From assembly GCA_964647565.1 (NCBI GenBank), contig CAZYIM010000001.1, forward strand, positions 32,001-96,000: a stretch of DNA of 64,000 nt, given 5' to 3'. Shown here piece by piece: positions 28,498 to 38,894 of this stretch. Below the pieces are notes generated by a model. It was not told the DNA's origin, did no database searches, and saw only the letters and a program-made list of their open reading frames with translations. This DNA is from an uncultured Methanosarcinales archaeon (lineage in GTDB: Archaea > Nanobdellota > Nanobdellia > Woesearchaeales > CAZYIM01). The position numbers were made by a program, and so were the translations under genes. Position 1 is the stretch's first letter, and each line of letters begins with the position of its first letter.

Positions 28498-28760
28498 TGC
28501 GGTTTTTAAAAGAAAAGCTTATAGCTGCTACAGGCGCAATATCCACTCTTCTTGGCGGAGCAGGCGCTGTGTTGGCAGGTATAGGTATCTGTCCGTGTCT
28601 TGCAGGACCAATGCTCTCAGTTTTAGGCATCCTGACCATGTCAGGAGTCTTTCTCTCAAAGCATAAGTTCATCTTTCTTGTAATCGGGCTGGTTTTCCTA
28701 TTAACCAGCTTTTTTTTCTATCAACATAAGAAATCCTGCAAGATCCACAAAAAAGTTTAA
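28497..28760 (+). CDS. small Cys-containing membrane protein (MerT/MerC-like)
   Basis: GICPCL within a hydrophobic segment; second TM helix; C-terminal SC. Confidence 0.55.
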   Translation: MRFLKEKLIAATGAISTLLGGAGAVLAGIGICPCLAGPMLSVLGILTMSGVFLSKHKFIFLVIGLVFLLTSFFFYQHKKSCKIHKKV

Positions 28761-28785
28761 AAAACAACTCCCAATCTTCTAAAAC

Positions 28786-29934
28786 ATGAAAGCATTTGAC
28801 AGCATAATCGTACATTATGACGAGATAGGCCTAAAAGGCAAGAATAGGGGTAAATTCGAAAGGCTTCTTATCAGCAATATACAGAACAAGGCAGGAGAAC
28901 TTGTAAAGTCTATTGAACGAGAGTCCGGCCAGATCACTATCGCTACAACTGGAGCTGAGAAACTTAAGCCTATCTTAGAGAAGATTCCAGGCATTGCCTT
29001 TTTCTCTTTTGCAAAACAGTGCGACCTTGACATCAAGAAACTGGAAACTGCTGCTGTAGCTTATGTAAAAGGTCTTGAATATTCTGATTTCAGGATAGAT
29101 ACCAAAAGACATGAGAAAAGCTTCAAATATGATACAATGGAGGTCAACAAGAAAGTGGGTCAGGCCATTGTTGACGCTTACAAGAAAAAAGTGACTATGA
29201 AAAATCCTGAGTTGAACCTCAAGATAGAGATAACCCATAAGAATGCTTATCTTTCTCATGAATCTGTTATGGGAATTGGAGGCCTGCCCATTGACCCCAA
29301 GCAGAAAGTTGTGGCTTTGCTTTCAGGAGGCTTTGACAGTCCTGTTGCGGCTTTCATGATGATGAAAAGAGGATGTGAGGTTATTCTAGTTCATTTCAGC
29401 AATGCCAACCAATCCACCAAGGCAGTTGAAGATAAGATCGTACAATTGGCCAAGCAGCTTTCAGGATTCCAGCAAAAAACAACTCTATATATCGTTCCTT
29501 TTGAGAATCTGCAAAAAGAGATCATCGCCAACACAAAGGCCAATGTCCGCATGCTGATATACAGACGGTTCATGTTAAGAATTGCTTCAAAGATTGCCAG
29601 GAAAAACAAGGCCAGGTTTCTGGTTGTGGGCGACAGCCTTTCACAGGTCTCTTCCCAGACCATAGAGAATCTCGAGGCCACCTACCAGGTTTCAGATATT
29701 CACGTTCTTTCGCCATTGATAGGCATGAATAAGAGGGAGATAATGGACATTGCAAATCAGATTGGTACTCACGATATATCTGCAATGCCGTATGCAGACT
29801 GCTGCACCTATTTCATGCCCCAGCATCCAGTATTGAATGCAGACAAGAAGATGCTGGAAGATGCAGAATCTGGTTTTGACATCAACAAATTAGTTGAAGA
29901 AGCTGTTGTTAAAGCAAAAAAGAGCAATATTTGA
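28786..29934 (+). CDS. thiI: tRNA 4-thiouridine synthase ThiI (no rhodanese domain)
   Basis: YDEIGLKGKNR, THUMP region, GIGGLP, LLSGGFDSPVA, GDSLSQVSSQT and DCC motifs. Confidence 0.93.
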   Translation: MKAFDSIIVHYDEIGLKGKNRGKFERLLISNIQNKAGELVKSIERESGQITIATTGAEKLKPILEKIPGIAFFSFAKQCDLDIKKLETAAVAYVKGLEYSDFRIDTKRHEKSFKYDTMEVNKKVGQAIVDAYKKKVTMKNPELNLKIEITHKNAYLSHESVMGIGGLPIDPKQKVVALLSGGFDSPVAAFMMMKRGCEVILVHFSNANQSTKAVEDKIVQLAKQLSGFQQKTTLYIVPFENLQKEIIANTKANVRMLIYRRFMLRIASKIARKNKARFLVVGDSLSQVSSQTIENLEATYQVSDIHVLSPLIGMNKREIMDIANQIGTHDISAMPYADCCTYFMPQHPVLNADKKMLEDAESGFDINKLVEEAVVKAKKSNI

Positions 29935-30061
29935 TCGCCTGTGCATATTTCTATTAATATTCTGCACCTCTTGAGAATATTTATTAATAGAATATTATTC
30001 TGTTTTGAATACAGCGAATTCTTTGCAGCGTCTGATTTAATAAAAAAAAGAGGTGATTTCG

Positions 30062-30511
30062 ATGGACGTAAAGAATAAAGCTCTGGCAACCATTCTTGGG
30101 GTTGGTCTGTTGTATGCCACAGGTATTGAGGCTTTGGCATCTGAACCATTGCATCCAGGTTCCCTAGAAGCGCAGGTGCAGGAAGTACAAGACAAAAAGG
30201 ATAAAAAGGAACAGGACAAGTACGATGCATTGGCAAAGCATCTCAAAGAGATTGGAGCCAAGATGTACGGCACTACCACATGCTCCTGGTGTAAGAAGCA
30301 AAAAGAAGAGTTTGGTGGAGCATTGGAAAAGTACAAGATCTATAAGGAAGCAGACACAGACAAGAAGATTATGCAAGAGGCTAAAGAACTTGGAATAAAA
30401 GGCTGGCCAACCTGGGTATTTAAGACCAAGGAAAAACCAGGCTATAGACTAGTTCCAGGATATCATCCTTATGACCATATTGTCATGATGTCTAAGTTCA
30501 AGGCCAAGTGA
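30062..30511 (+). CDS. exported thioredoxin-fold protein (resembles the VKOR-associated Trx domain)
   Basis: LAKHLKEIGAKMYG...CSWC..QKEEFG...GWPTW; N-terminal signal; GGTGA RBS. Confidence 0.75.
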   Translation: MDVKNKALATILGVGLLYATGIEALASEPLHPGSLEAQVQEVQDKKDKKEQDKYDALAKHLKEIGAKMYGTTTCSWCKKQKEEFGGALEKYKIYKEADTDKKIMQEAKELGIKGWPTWVFKTKEKPGYRLVPGYHPYDHIVMMSKFKAK

Positions 30512-30555
30512 ATAGTTTAGAAAAATATTAAAGTATGAAGGTTTAACTAGTTAAA

Positions 30556-31071
30556 ATGAACAACAGAATATTAGGCTTGATCATGGTTGCTGTGTGCATA
30601 ATTATGGGTATATTGATTTTCTCTTTTAATTCAAAACTCAGTCAGCAGGCAGAGGCTGGCTGCCAATGTGAAACCATGGAAGCTGGCGGCTTCTGTCCGC
30701 ATGATCAGGGCACCCCCTGGCAGACCTATCTTGGAATCGGACTGATGGGTGCTATCTTTGCTTTAGGTATTTTCCTTATCTTCTTTGAGAAATCGCAAAA
30801 AGCAATCATATCTACACTGGAAAATCAGAAAAAGATGCAGACAGAAGAAGAGAAGTTCGATATCCTTCTAAAGGGTCTTGATTCTTATGAACAGAAAGTC
30901 ATAAAAGCAGTCAAAGAGCAGGACGGCATCACACAGCAGACATTAAGACTCAGAGCAGATATGCACAAGTCCAAGCTTAGCATTGTCCTGGACTCTCTTG
31001 AGAAAAAAGGCCTTGTCAAGCGTAAGGAAAAAGGCAAGACCAAGCAGGTATTTCTTAAATTTAAGCTTTAA
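30556..31071 (+). CDS. membrane-anchored MarR-like winged-HTH regulator
   Basis: Two TM helices flanking a Cys/His loop; GITQQTL...KSKLSIVLDSLEKKGLVKR...GKTK. Confidence 0.8.
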   Translation: MNNRILGLIMVAVCIIMGILIFSFNSKLSQQAEAGCQCETMEAGGFCPHDQGTPWQTYLGIGLMGAIFALGIFLIFFEKSQKAIISTLENQKKMQTEEEKFDILLKGLDSYEQKVIKAVKEQDGITQQTLRLRADMHKSKLSIVLDSLEKKGLVKRKEKGKTKQVFLKFKL

Positions 31072-31113
31072 ATTCCAAAAGATAAATAAAGGAATAAAGA
31101 TTCCTTTCTCGAT

Positions 31114-32031
31114 ATGACTTCAGCAAATGCAACACAGCTTATCGGAGATATAAATCAACTCAAAAAAGAGAAAGAAGCAGTCATTCTCGTTCATAATTAT
31201 CAGAGGCCAGAAATATATGAGGTGGCGGATTATATCGGGGATTCTTTTGGATTGGCAAAAAAAGCATCAGAGCTCAAGGATGTTAAACGGATCATTTTCT
31301 GCGGAGTTGACTTCATGGCAGAGTCTGCAGCAATTTTAAGTCCTGATAAAGAGGTATACCTGCCCACTCTACAAGCCAACTGCCCTATGGCAGCCATGGT
31401 TGATTCTAAAAGCCTAAAACAACTGCAGGAACAACACCCAGATGCTGCAACAGTATGTTATGTTAACACAAGTGCTGATATCAAGGCCATGTCTTATGTC
31501 TGCTGCACCTCATCAAATGCTGAAAAGATAATCAAGGCCCTGCCCCAAAAAGACATAATCTTTGTTCCAGATAAGAATCTTGCAATGAACACAGCCAAAC
31601 AGCTGCCTGAAAAGAATATCATCCCCTGGAACGGCCATTGCTATGTACATCAGAGATTCACTGTTGATGAAATGAAGAAGTCAAAAGAGAATTATCCTGA
31701 TGCAGAAATCATCGCTCATCCAGAATGCCCTCCAGAGGTTGCAGAGTTGGCAGATTGTCTTTGCAGCACAAGCCAGATGATAGATTATGCAAGAAACAGC
31801 AAGGCAGACACATTCATTGTTTTCACAGAGGTCGGCATGACAGAGCGACTCAAAAAAGAAGTTCCAGAGAAACAATTCTTAACACCTGTAAAAACATGCC
31901 TTCAGATGAAGAAGAATTCCTTAACGCTGATTAAAAAATCCCTTACAGAAGAAAGGTATAGGATCACAGTGCCAGACGAGATAAGCCAAAAAGCCAAACT
32001 AGCTCTAGAAAGAATGCTTAAACTTGGATAA
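31114..32031 (+). CDS. nadA: quinolinate synthase
   Basis: HNYQ, GDS, FCGVDFMAE, CPMA, YVNTSA, CCTSSNA, CYVH, AHPEC and CLQMK motifs. Confidence 0.96.
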   Translation: MTSANATQLIGDINQLKKEKEAVILVHNYQRPEIYEVADYIGDSFGLAKKASELKDVKRIIFCGVDFMAESAAILSPDKEVYLPTLQANCPMAAMVDSKSLKQLQEQHPDAATVCYVNTSADIKAMSYVCCTSSNAEKIIKALPQKDIIFVPDKNLAMNTAKQLPEKNIIPWNGHCYVHQRFTVDEMKKSKENYPDAEIIAHPECPPEVAELADCLCSTSQMIDYARNSKADTFIVFTEVGMTERLKKEVPEKQFLTPVKTCLQMKKNSLTLIKKSLTEERYRITVPDEISQKAKLALERMLKLG

Positions 32032-32061
32032 GAAAATAAATAATCAAGCACATTTGCGATT

Positions 32062-32358
32062 TTATCCGCAGCATTTGGTCATTTCGTTCATATCATAAAA
32101 TATGGTGCAGAAGAAACTGCATGCGGATTTTAGTTCTTTTTCTCCTTTCTTGGTCAGAGAATAGGTTTTTTTCTTGTCTGCAATTATAAGACCTTTGCTT
32201 TTTAATTCCTTCAATGCAGGATATATTGTCCCTGGACTGGGTTTTGTGCCTTTTCTTTTTTCCAACTCTTGGGCAATCTCAACCCCTGTCATTTTTTTCT
32301 TATTAAGAATCCATAGAATCAGATAAGACAGATAACCTTTCATGTCGCAGCATCCCAT
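32062..32358 (-). CDS. PadR family regulator with terminal Cys-Cys pairs
   Basis: PSPGTIYPALKEL...YSLTKKG; begins MGCC and ends CCG. Confidence 0.88.
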   Translation of the reverse strand: MGCCDMKGYLSYLILWILNKKKMTGVEIAQELEKRKGTKPSPGTIYPALKELKSKGLIIADKKKTYSLTKKGEKELKSACSFFCTIFYDMNEMTKCCG

Positions 32359-32365
32359 AAATACA

Positions 32366-32471
32366 GTATCGGATAACCTATATATAAGCTTTTCTATATC
32401 TAAAAATATATATCTGATTACAGATATATTTAAATATGAGTATCAGTTATACGATATTGGATAGCCGACAT
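32366..32471. promoter_or_regulatory. four imperfect palindromes RTATCGG-N4-CCGATAY in the padR/arsM divergent promoter
   Basis: 32366-32383, 32410-32427, 32440-32457 and 32454-32471. Confidence 0.65.
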
Positions 32472-32484
32472 CAGGAGGTGGAAA

Positions 32485-32580
32485 ATGAATTGCAAAACAG
32501 AAAAGGATGTGAAGACTTTAGGCACGATAAAGGGTGCAAATGGAGAACAGGCAACATTACTTGTGTGTGATAGAATTTAA
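32485..32580 (+). CDS. 31-aa peptide with two Cys upstream of arsM
   Basis: GGAGGTG RBS; MNCKTEKDVKTLGTIKGANGEQATLLVCDRI; below the ORF-track cutoff. Confidence 0.55.
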   Translation: MNCKTEKDVKTLGTIKGANGEQATLLVCDRI

Positions 32581-32592
32581 GAGGTAAATAAA

Positions 32593-33336
32593 ATGGAAAA
32601 AGAAAAAATAAAACAAACAATAAAAGATACATATGGAAAAATTGCAAGCCAGAAAGATGGCTGCGGTTGCGAATGTGGTTTCGGCCCGTCTGCAGAGGAG
32701 GTCTCAAAGAGTTTAGGTTATTCCGATAGTGAACTGGATGCAGTCCCTGATGCAAATCTTGGTTTAGGCTGCGGCAATCCAACAGCACTTGGAGAGATAA
32801 AAGAAGGCGAAACTGTTCTCGACCTCGGATCAGGAGCAGGCATCGATGCATTTCTTGCATCAAAAAAAGTGGGTTATTCAGGAAAGGTAATTGGTGTTGA
32901 TATGACTCCTGAGATGATCAAGAAAGCCAACAAGAACGCAAAAAAATACGGACACACCAATGTAGAGTTTAGATTGGGCGATATAGAAAACCTGCCTGTA
33001 GAAGATAACTCTATTGACGTAATCATCAGCAATTGTGTGATTAATCTTGCACACGACAAAACAAAGGTTTTCAGTGAAGCCTATAGAGTACTAAAAAAGG
33101 ATGGCAAGATGTTTATCTCTGATATCGTCCTATTAAAAGAATTATCTGAAGAGCAAAGAAACGATGCTGACTTAGTTGCTGCTTGTGTGGGCGGCGCCAT
33201 GTTAAAGGATGATTATCTGAAAACAGTTAGCGACGTGGGCTTTAAATATGAGATCCTTAGTGAGAATACAGGCGTTGGCGACAATCAATTCAAGGATGTG
33301 CCAATCGAGAGCCTGAATCTAAAGATATACAAGTGA
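32593..33336 (+). CDS. arsM: arsenite methyltransferase
   Basis: ANLGLGCGNP, VLDLGSGAGID, GVDMTPEM, IISNCVINL and ACVGGA motifs. Confidence 0.92.
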   Translation: MEKEKIKQTIKDTYGKIASQKDGCGCECGFGPSAEEVSKSLGYSDSELDAVPDANLGLGCGNPTALGEIKEGETVLDLGSGAGIDAFLASKKVGYSGKVIGVDMTPEMIKKANKNAKKYGHTNVEFRLGDIENLPVEDNSIDVIISNCVINLAHDKTKVFSEAYRVLKKDGKMFISDIVLLKELSEEQRNDADLVAACVGGAMLKDDYLKTVSDVGFKYEILSENTGVGDNQFKDVPIESLNLKIYK

Positions 33337-33395
33337 TGAATTATTAGAAACCTTTTTAAATTCTTAAACCAAATGGATGCTCAGAGGTGATATTT

Positions 33396-33587
33396 ATGGG
33401 AAAAAAATGTTGTGGTCCTGAATGGGTCAACTGGCTGATTGCTGAGATTGCATTTTTCGCATTCTTGTTCTATGCCCAATTCTTGTTAGGTGTAGAGGCC
33501 AATCTTTGGTTGAGCTCTGTAATATTATGGGCATTGATGAATGTTTCAATCATGGCATGTCCAATCACACACAAGTGCTATAAGTAA
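33396..33587 (+). CDS. small 2-TM protein with Cys-rich termini
   Basis: MGKKCC...ACPITHKC; GGTGA RBS. Confidence 0.65.
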   Translation: MGKKCCGPEWVNWLIAEIAFFAFLFYAQFLLGVEANLWLSSVILWALMNVSIMACPITHKCYK

Positions 33588-33731
33588 TTTATTTTCTTTC
33601 TTTTTTTCAGATATAAACGGTTAGAAACCAGAATTTAGGGTTTTAGGCCTTTCTAGATATGTCAGTTTCAGCGCTAAAATATATATCAAACAAGCTTATT
33701 ACTTCTTTAATAATTGGATCGAGAGGTAAAA

Positions 33732-33941
33732 ATGGTAATTATGAAATTTCAAACAAAAGGCATGCACTGCCCAAGCTGCGAAATGCTTGTCGAAGATGAC
33801 TTAGACGAGCAGGAAGGAATAAACCACACAAGTGCAGATCATAAGACAGGCATTGTAGAAGTGGATTTTGACGATCAAAAAATAGATGCTACTAAAATCA
33901 AATGTATAATTGAACAAAATGGATTTAAATTAATCAAATAA
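33732..33941 (+). CDS. heavy-metal-associated (CopZ-like) chaperone
   Basis: GMHCPSC motif. Confidence 0.88.
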   Translation: MVIMKFQTKGMHCPSCEMLVEDDLDEQEGINHTSADHKTGIVEVDFDDQKIDATKIKCIIEQNGFKLIK

Positions 33942-33959
33942 TATAATAGGTGTAATGAA

Positions 33960-35462
33960 ATGACTGAAAACAAAGAACAATTCAAGGCAAAGGGCATGCA
34001 CTGCCCAAGCTGCGAAACATTAATAGAAAAGCAAGTCAATAAGATTAAAGGTGTGAAACATGTCAAGGCAGATTATGTCACTGAGACAGTTGAAGTTGTC
34101 TTTGACTCGAAAATCACCAATCTAAAAGAGATCTATGAAACTATTGAGAAAAAGGGATATGACTGCCAGCTGCTCATCAAACGCATCCCTCTAAAAGGAA
34201 AAAAGAAAGAGGATTCTGATCATTATAATATTAACCTCAAATGGCTCGGCATTGTTTTTGGTTTGATCGGATTGTTAGTCGGAGGGTATTTTATTTTCAG
34301 GATTGCAGAAGGCATAGCGATCCCGACCATAAGCCAGAACATGGGATACGGCCTGTTATTCATCGTAGGCCTTCTTACAGGATTCCACTGCATCAGCATG
34401 TGCGGGGGCTTTGTTGTCAGCTATACAGCAAGAGCTGCCCAGGAAGGAAGAAGTCCATATAAATCACATCTGATGTATGGTGTAGGCAAAGTTATATCTT
34501 ATACAGTCATAGGTGCTGCATTTGGATTGCTCGGCTCCATCATAACATTCACCCCACTAATGAGAGGAATAGCCGGGCTTCTTGCAGGCCTCTTCCTTAT
34601 CATATTCGGCCTCAACATGCTCAACCTGTTTCCCTGGCTTAGAAAGATCAGGATAAAGTCACCCAAGTTTGTAAATAAGTTTGTCGGAAGCGAGGTCAAC
34701 AAGCATAGCAGCCCTCTGATAATCGGATTGCTAACTGGCCTGATGATCGCATGTGGTCCATTGCAGGCAATATATATAATGGCGGCAGGTACTGGAAGTG
34801 TTGTAGAAGGTGCCCGACTATTGCTTGTCTTTGCACTCGGAACCCTGCCAGTTATGCTGGGTTTTGGATTTGTCACAAGCATGATATCAAAGAAAGCCAC
34901 CCACAGGATCCTAAAAGCCTCTGGGGCCATTGTCATAATACTCGGTCTTGTGATGGTGAACAGAGGTCTTGCATTAACAGGCAGCGGACTAGACACCAAC
35001 ACCTTATTAGCATCAGTCTCAGCAACAGGCGAAGATGTGACTGGAGATGTAATCAAGATGGACAACGGCTTTCAGGTAATCCGTATGAATGTTACCAGAT
35101 ATGGCTGGGAGCCTGATAAGTTTGTCTTGAAGACAGGCGTACCTGTCAAATGGATAATCGACGGCCAGGAGATTACTGGATGCAATAATGCAATCCAGGT
35201 TCCGAAACTGGGATTAGAATTTGATATTAAAAAAGGAGAGCAGACCATTGAATTCACACCAGATTCAGAAGGCATTATACCATGGAGCTGCTGGATGGGT
35301 ATGATACCCGGCACCTTTATCGTCAAAGAAGATATTGATCTTGATAATATTGATGAAGTTAAAAAGGAGCTTGAAACAGCACCGACTCCTAAGCCCGCAG
35401 GAAGTTGCGGAGGCAGTTGTGGAGGAGGAGGAGGTTGCGGTTGCGGTTGTGGAGGTAGATGA
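33960..35462 (+). CDS. HMA + DsbD_2/TauE-like membrane domain + cupredoxin fusion
   Basis: [37 protein letters not shown]; Cys/Gly-rich tail. Confidence 0.88.
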   Translation: MTENKEQFKAKGMHCPSCETLIEKQVNKIKGVKHVKADYVTETVEVVFDSKITNLKEIYETIEKKGYDCQLLIKRIPLKGKKKEDSDHYNINLKWLGIVFGLIGLLVGGYFIFRIAEGIAIPTISQNMGYGLLFIVGLLTGFHCISMCGGFVVSYTARAAQEGRSPYKSHLMYGVGKVISYTVIGAAFGLLGSIITFTPLMRGIAGLLAGLFLIIFGLNMLNLFPWLRKIRIKSPKFVNKFVGSEVNKHSSPLIIGLLTGLMIACGPLQAIYIMAAGTGSVVEGARLLLVFALGTLPVMLGFGFVTSMISKKATHRILKASGAIVIILGLVMVNRGLALTGSGLDTNTLLASVSATGEDVTGDVIKMDNGFQVIRMNVTRYGWEPDKFVLKTGVPVKWIIDGQEITGCNNAIQVPKLGLEFDIKKGEQTIEFTPDSEGIIPWSCWMGMIPGTFIVKEDIDLDNIDEVKKELETAPTPKPAGSCGGSCGGGGGCGCGCGGR

Positions 35463-37633
35463 TGAGAAAGCTGGAGTTATCTATATCAGGCATGCACTGC
35501 CAAAGTTGTGTTACAATAGTAGAGAAATCACTTAACAAGTTGGATGGTATTGAAACTGCTGTTGTAAACCTGGCAACAGAAAAAGCCAGTGTGAGTTTCA
35601 ATGAATCAAAACTGGTTGAACAGGATGTGATCGAAGCAATATCAAAAAAAGGATTTAAAGCATCTTTGATCAAGGGCTCGCAACAAAAAGATAGAGAAAT
35701 CAAGAAAAGAAAAGCAGAGATCAAAAGACTGAAGAGACTTTTTGTTTTCAGCCTTATCTTTGCAATACCTGCCTTTATCATAGGCATGGTTTTCATGTGG
35801 ATCGGAGTCAAGATTCCCTATGAAGGGTACATCCTTTGGGCTCTTGCTACACCCGTACAGTTCATTGCAGGATTTCAGTTCTATAAGGGAGCCTGGGCTG
35901 CTCTTAAGAATAAAAGCGCAAATATGGACAGCCTAATTGCCATGGGAACAAGTGCAGCATATTTCTATAGTGTATATGTCATGCTTTTCGCGCATGGTTC
36001 AGGCCAGTATTTTGAAGCTTCTGCAGTGCTAATCACCCTTGTGTTGATGGGTAAACTGCTTGAAGCCATAGCCAAGGGTAAGACTTCAGAAGCCATAAGA
36101 AAACTGATGCAGCTGTCACCTAAGATCGCAACTGTAATTAGGGCTGGAAAAGAACAAAAGATTCCTGTTGATGATGTCAAGATAGGTGACATCATAGTAG
36201 TCAAGCCTGGAGAAAAGATACCTGTGGACGGAAGGATTGTTGAAGGATTGTCAGCAGTTGACGAAAGCATGATCACCGGAGAGAGCATCCCAATAGAAAA
36301 GAAAAAAGGGGATGTCGTGATTGGAGCAACTATCAACAAGACTGGCTCATTTCAGTTCAAGGCTGAAAAGATTGGTGCAGACACAACCCTATCCCAGATA
36401 ATTAAGCTTATAGAAGAAGCTCAAGGAAAGAAAGCACCTATCCAAAGATTTGCAGATGTTGTCTCAGCATATTTTGTACCAGTTGTTATCAGCATAGCCA
36501 TCATCAGCTTCCTGGTCTGGTACTTGCTTGTTGGAAAAACCTTTGCATTCTCATTGATTGCTGCTGTTTCAGTGCTGGTCATCGCATGTCCCTGCGCTTT
36601 AGGCCTGGCCACCCCGACTGCTATAATGGTCGGAACAGGCAAGGGTGCTAAAAAAGGCATCCTGATCAAGGGAGGAGATGCTCTTGAGACAGCCCACAAA
36701 TTAAAATATGTTATTTTTGACAAGACAGGCACTATCACAAAAGGTGTTCCTGCAGTCACAGACATTGTTTCTCTGAATAATAAATCCAGGGATGAACTTT
36801 TACATCTGGCCGCAAGCATTGAAAAGGATTCAGAACATCCTTTAGCAGAAGCCATTGTAAGAAAAGCACAAGAAAAGAAGATAAAGCTGGCCAAAGCATC
36901 TGCATTCCAGGCAATTCCTGGCTTGGGAGTCAAGGCAAAAATAGCTAAAAAAGCCTACATCTTTGGTAATGCTAAACTGATGAAACAATCTAAGTTAGAC
37001 ATTTCATCTATCAGGGATCAAATCCATGATCTGGAAAGACAGGGAAAGACTGTAATGATAATCGCAGGTCAAAGGAAGATAGAGGGTGTGATCGCTGTTG
37101 CAGATACCATAAAAGAGAGTTCTAAAGCTGCTGTAAGAGCATTGGAGAAGATGGGCATTCATGTTTTCATGATTACAGGAGACAATGAGAGAACTGCCCA
37201 GGCAATTGCACAGATAGCAGGCATCGACCATGTATTTGCAGAAGTCATGCCAGAAGACAAGGCCAACTATGTCAAGAAGCTTCAAAGAAAAGGAAAGGTT
37301 GCAATGGTTGGTGATGGAATAAATGATGCGCCTGCACTCGCGCAGGCAGACATAGGCATTGCAATGGGCAGCGGTACTGATGTTGCAATGGAATCTGGAA
37401 ATATTGTACTGATGAAAAACAACCTTGACGATGTTCCAAGAGCAATAAGATTAAGTAGATTGACTATGACAAAGATAAGGCAGAACATGTTTTGGGCCTT
37501 GATCTACAACACACTTGGAATCCCGATTGCAGCATTAGGTTTATTGAACCCGATGATTGCAGGGGCAGCCATGGCATTAAGCTCAGTCAGTGTTGTCTCA
37601 AATTCTTTATTGTTGAAAGCAAAGAAACTATAG
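35459..37633 (+). CDS. copA: copper-translocating P1B-type ATPase
   Basis: [37 protein letters not shown] and MALSS motifs. Confidence 0.95.
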   Translation: MMRKLELSISGMHCQSCVTIVEKSLNKLDGIETAVVNLATEKASVSFNESKLVEQDVIEAISKKGFKASLIKGSQQKDREIKKRKAEIKRLKRLFVFSLIFAIPAFIIGMVFMWIGVKIPYEGYILWALATPVQFIAGFQFYKGAWAALKNKSANMDSLIAMGTSAAYFYSVYVMLFAHGSGQYFEASAVLITLVLMGKLLEAIAKGKTSEAIRKLMQLSPKIATVIRAGKEQKIPVDDVKIGDIIVVKPGEKIPVDGRIVEGLSAVDESMITGESIPIEKKKGDVVIGATINKTGSFQFKAEKIGADTTLSQIIKLIEEAQGKKAPIQRFADVVSAYFVPVVISIAIISFLVWYLLVGKTFAFSLIAAVSVLVIACPCALGLATPTAIMVGTGKGAKKGILIKGGDALETAHKLKYVIFDKTGTITKGVPAVTDIVSLNNKSRDELLHLAASIEKDSEHPLAEAIVRKAQEKKIKLAKASAFQAIPGLGVKAKIAKKAYIFGNAKLMKQSKLDISSIRDQIHDLERQGKTVMIIAGQRKIEGVIAVADTIKESSKAAVRALEKMGIHVFMITGDNERTAQAIAQIAGIDHVFAEVMPEDKANYVKKLQRKGKVAMVGDGINDAPALAQADIGIAMGSGTDVAMESGNIVLMKNNLDDVPRAIRLSRLTMTKIRQNMFWALIYNTLGIPIAALGLLNPMIAGAAMALSSVSVVSNSLLLKAKKL

Positions 37634-37670
37634 GGAATAAGGATAATATATGAGACGGAGGAAAAAACAA

Positions 37671-38117
37671 ATGAAAAAAATAATGATATTATGTTTAGTC
37701 TTAACATTAGCCATCCTGGTAGCAGGATGCAAGGATAATGTAACAGGAAATGCTGTTGCAGATGGATCTGCATCTGATTATGTAAAGATCCCTCTGGCAG
37801 ATGTCTCAAAAACAGCCCAATTCTTCTCCTATGAAGATAATCGGGTTAAGATAAGCTATTTTGCTGTATTGGGCAGTGATGGAAAGCCAAGAGTAGCCTT
37901 TGACGCCTGCGATGTATGCGGCGGATACCAGGGATATGAACAAAAAGGTAATGACATTGAATGTAGAAAATGTGGGAGAGTATTCAGCATCGACGGCCTT
38001 GGCACCAAGAACAAGGGTTATGGATGCTGGCCCAGCTACCTTCCACACGAGGTACAGGGAGATAACATTATGATAAAAATAAGCGATCTTCAGGAAGGAA
38101 GAAAAAGATTCGTTTGA
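37671..38117 (+). CDS. DUF2318-like Fe-S/Cys lipoprotein
   Basis: LVAGC lipobox; AFDACDVC...ECRKCG...GCWP. Confidence 0.8.
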   Translation: MKKIMILCLVLTLAILVAGCKDNVTGNAVADGSASDYVKIPLADVSKTAQFFSYEDNRVKISYFAVLGSDGKPRVAFDACDVCGGYQGYEQKGNDIECRKCGRVFSIDGLGTKNKGYGCWPSYLPHEVQGDNIMIKISDLQEGRKRFV

Positions 38118-38180
38118 GGGGTACTGAGTAGCAAGCTGCTTGTACATGCTAAAATAAAAAATATTTTAGAGGTAATTAAA

Positions 38181-38894
38181 ATGAGTAAAGAAAACAAAGA
38201 AAATAATGTAATACGAATCAGCAAATCGACTTTATGGATGTCAATCTCTGCTATCCTAGCGGTTTTGCTTGTGATTTCAATATTTACCGGCGGTTTTGGG
38301 GGAAAGACTTCTGCAACAGGTGCTGTTGTAGATGATAGTGCCAAAGCAGCCCAATCTCGAGATGCACAAAAGGCGCCTGGGGATTCAACAGACAACACAG
38401 CTATCGTGGTTGAAGGTAGAGCATTTAAGGGAGCTGAAGATGCCAAAGTAACAATAGTGGAATATTCGAGTTTTTCATGTGGATATTGTAATAGGGTAAG
38501 AGCAACAATAGACCAAATATTGGAAAATTATCCAGATGATGTAAAGATTGTTTACAAGCATTTCACTAGAGGAGGAACCGATAGTATGACTGCTCAAGCA
38601 ACTGAGTGTGCAGGAGATCAAGGAAAATTCTGGGAAATGCACGATATCATATTTGACAAAGGATCCTCTGGCGATGTTAAAGGTTATGCTAAAGATATCG
38701 GTTTGGATGCTGACAGTTTTGCAGAATGTCTTGATTCAGGAAAATATGCTTCAAGAGTTAATGAAGATACTTCAGAAGGACGTTCTTTGGGCATAAGAGG
38801 AACTCCAAGTTTTAATATTAATGGAGAACTTGTAGTTGGAGCCCAACCATATAATGCATTCCAACAGGTAATCGATGCAGAGCTCGCAAAATGA
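38181..38894 (+). CDS. DsbA-family thioredoxin-fold protein
   Basis: VTIVEYSSFSCGYC, ECAGDQGKFWEMHD, GTPSF and GAQP motifs. Confidence 0.9.
   Translation: MSKENKENNVIRISKSTLWMSISAILAVLLVISIFTGGFGGKTSATGAVVDDSAKAAQSRDAQKAPGDSTDNTAIVVEGRAFKGAEDAKVTIVEYSSFSCGYCNRVRATIDQILENYPDDVKIVYKHFTRGGTDSMTAQATECAGDQGKFWEMHDIIFDKGSSGDVKGYAKDIGLDADSFAECLDSGKYASRVNEDTSEGRSLGIRGTPSFNINGELVVGAQPYNAFQQVIDAELAK

Noticed and set aside
33759..34016. Repeat GGCATGCACTGCCCAAGCTGCGAAA in two adjacent genes
   Set aside because: It encodes the GMHCPSCE metal-binding motif of two HMA domains, so protein-level conservation or domain duplication explains it.
35400..35459. GGA/GGT/TGC low-complexity run as a DNA repeat
   Set aside because: It encodes the Cys/Gly-rich metal-binding tail of the HMA-DsbD_2-cupredoxin protein.
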